Translations under genes and position numbers: made by a program
Origin: Ramazzottius varieornatus
Lineage: Eukaryota > Animalia > Tardigrada
DNA: 64,000 nt
Assembly: GCA_001949185.1 (NCBI GenBank)
Contig: BDGG01000011.1
Location: forward strand, 1,610,747 to 1,674,746
Direction: 5' to 3'
The notes under the pieces: generated by a model
What the model was told of the DNA's origin: nothing
What the model saw: the letters and a program-made list of their open reading frames with translations, nothing else
Databases searched by the model: none
Shown here: piece by piece, positions 63,157 through 64,000 of the stretch
Position numbering within the stretch: position 1 is the first letter of the stretch
Layout of the letters: every line of letters starts with the position of its first letter

Positions 63157-63796
63157 TAGGGTTTTTAACGGGTGGTTGAATGGTTACTGTATACTCTCCC
63201 GAAATTCACGTACGTCACTCCATTCAGAGTGTAAAACTAGAGAAAGAGTTCTCTTACGGTGACCATAACAGTCTGAATCAGTGACGTACGTGAATTTCGG
63301 GAGAGCATACAGTAAACGAATGGATGGGAGGATGGATGGAACTGTCAACCGGATTGTTGCTGGATGGATGGGATCTCTATCCGGATGGTTGATGGATGGA
63401 TGGACCACCTATCCGGATGATCCGATTTCCAACTGGATAGCGTACTGAATTATTTAAATAACTCGAAATAAAAAATTTTGCCAGAAGGGGGCTTGAAGTG
63501 GGCGTTTCGAGATGGCAACTTCAGCAAGCTGTTTATGTTCGATCGGACCTCGGGTTTTCGAACGGAACAAAGTTAGAATTGCTCCCAGCTTTGACCGATT
63601 TTCGTGTGGTGAGCTGGTGTAAGTCCCTGTCCAAGGAATGGTTATATCCGGATAGAAAGTTGGATGGATGGAAGACCCATCCGGATTGCGTCCGGATGGT
63701 TGGGCGATGGATGGATGGATGGAAGCTCATCCAATCCGATTTCTATCCGGGTTGATCCGGATCCATCCGTGGTAGGATTGGATGCTAACAACCCTA
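63157..63796. repeat. (GGAT)n-rich element with TAGGG...CCCTA ends (hAT-like?)
   Basis: Ends tagggtttttaac / gctaacaacccta; GGAT arrays at 63320-63420 and 63660-63780. No convincing 8-bp TSD. Confidence 0.5.
63187..63312. mobile_element. 126-bp TA-flanked MITE, nested in a GGAT-rich element
   Basis: ctgtatactctcccgaaattcacgtacgtcact / agtgacgtacgtgaatttcgggagagcatacag. Confidence 0.85.
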
Positions 63797-63810
63797 ATAC
63801 GCTCGCCCCT

Positions 63811-64000
63811 GACGAGGGGATTTTTCCAATCCGCCGCCTCAGATGCTCAAACCCACATTCCAGGTGGATAGAGAAGAGTTTCCTCTATCGTCTGAGCCGA
63901 AAACCTCGCCATCATTCCTTTCCTGGAATAAACTGGACGGTTCGGAAGTGATCGTCCATTGACCGCTACAGTGCGCCGCGATGACGTGAAGTTTCTTGAT
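63811..64000. mobile_element. Second copy of the 5965-6382 foldback family (runs off the window end)
   Basis: Reverse complement of ~6190-6382. Confidence 0.85.

Overview
This is eukaryotic (animal) nuclear DNA, not prokaryotic. It has compact genes with many short GT-AG introns (about 50-110 nt), dense transposon debris and four assembly gaps. A tardigrade-like ecdysozoan is my inference from gene content and compactness; it is not proven. Recognisable genes are three pairs of paralogous receptors (two divergent class-A 7TM GPCRs, two non-alpha nicotinic/Cys-loop channel subunits, two gustatory-receptor-like 7TM channels), RFT1, a single-RRM protein, and several orphan genes (a multipass membrane protein, a small Cys-tailed secreted protein, an intronless 379-aa ORF). 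Mobile DNA includes two LINE fragments (one split by an LTR-like insertion), a Tigger remnant, a FLYWCH/MULE remnant, a near-complete four-intron pogo/Fot1-like transposon with its own deletion-derived MITE, and many foldback MITEs. The most interesting signals: (i) both GRs have QT instead of QF at the gate motif plus a conserved ~45-aa C-terminal extension; (ii) the nAChR-like pair lacks the canonical principal-face ACh-site residues and one subunit lacks the GEK selectivity motif; (iii) a ~60-bp hairpin family that I found only in introns; (iv) a MITE that joins its parent's two ends at an internal 25-bp direct repeat. All exon boundaries were read by eye.
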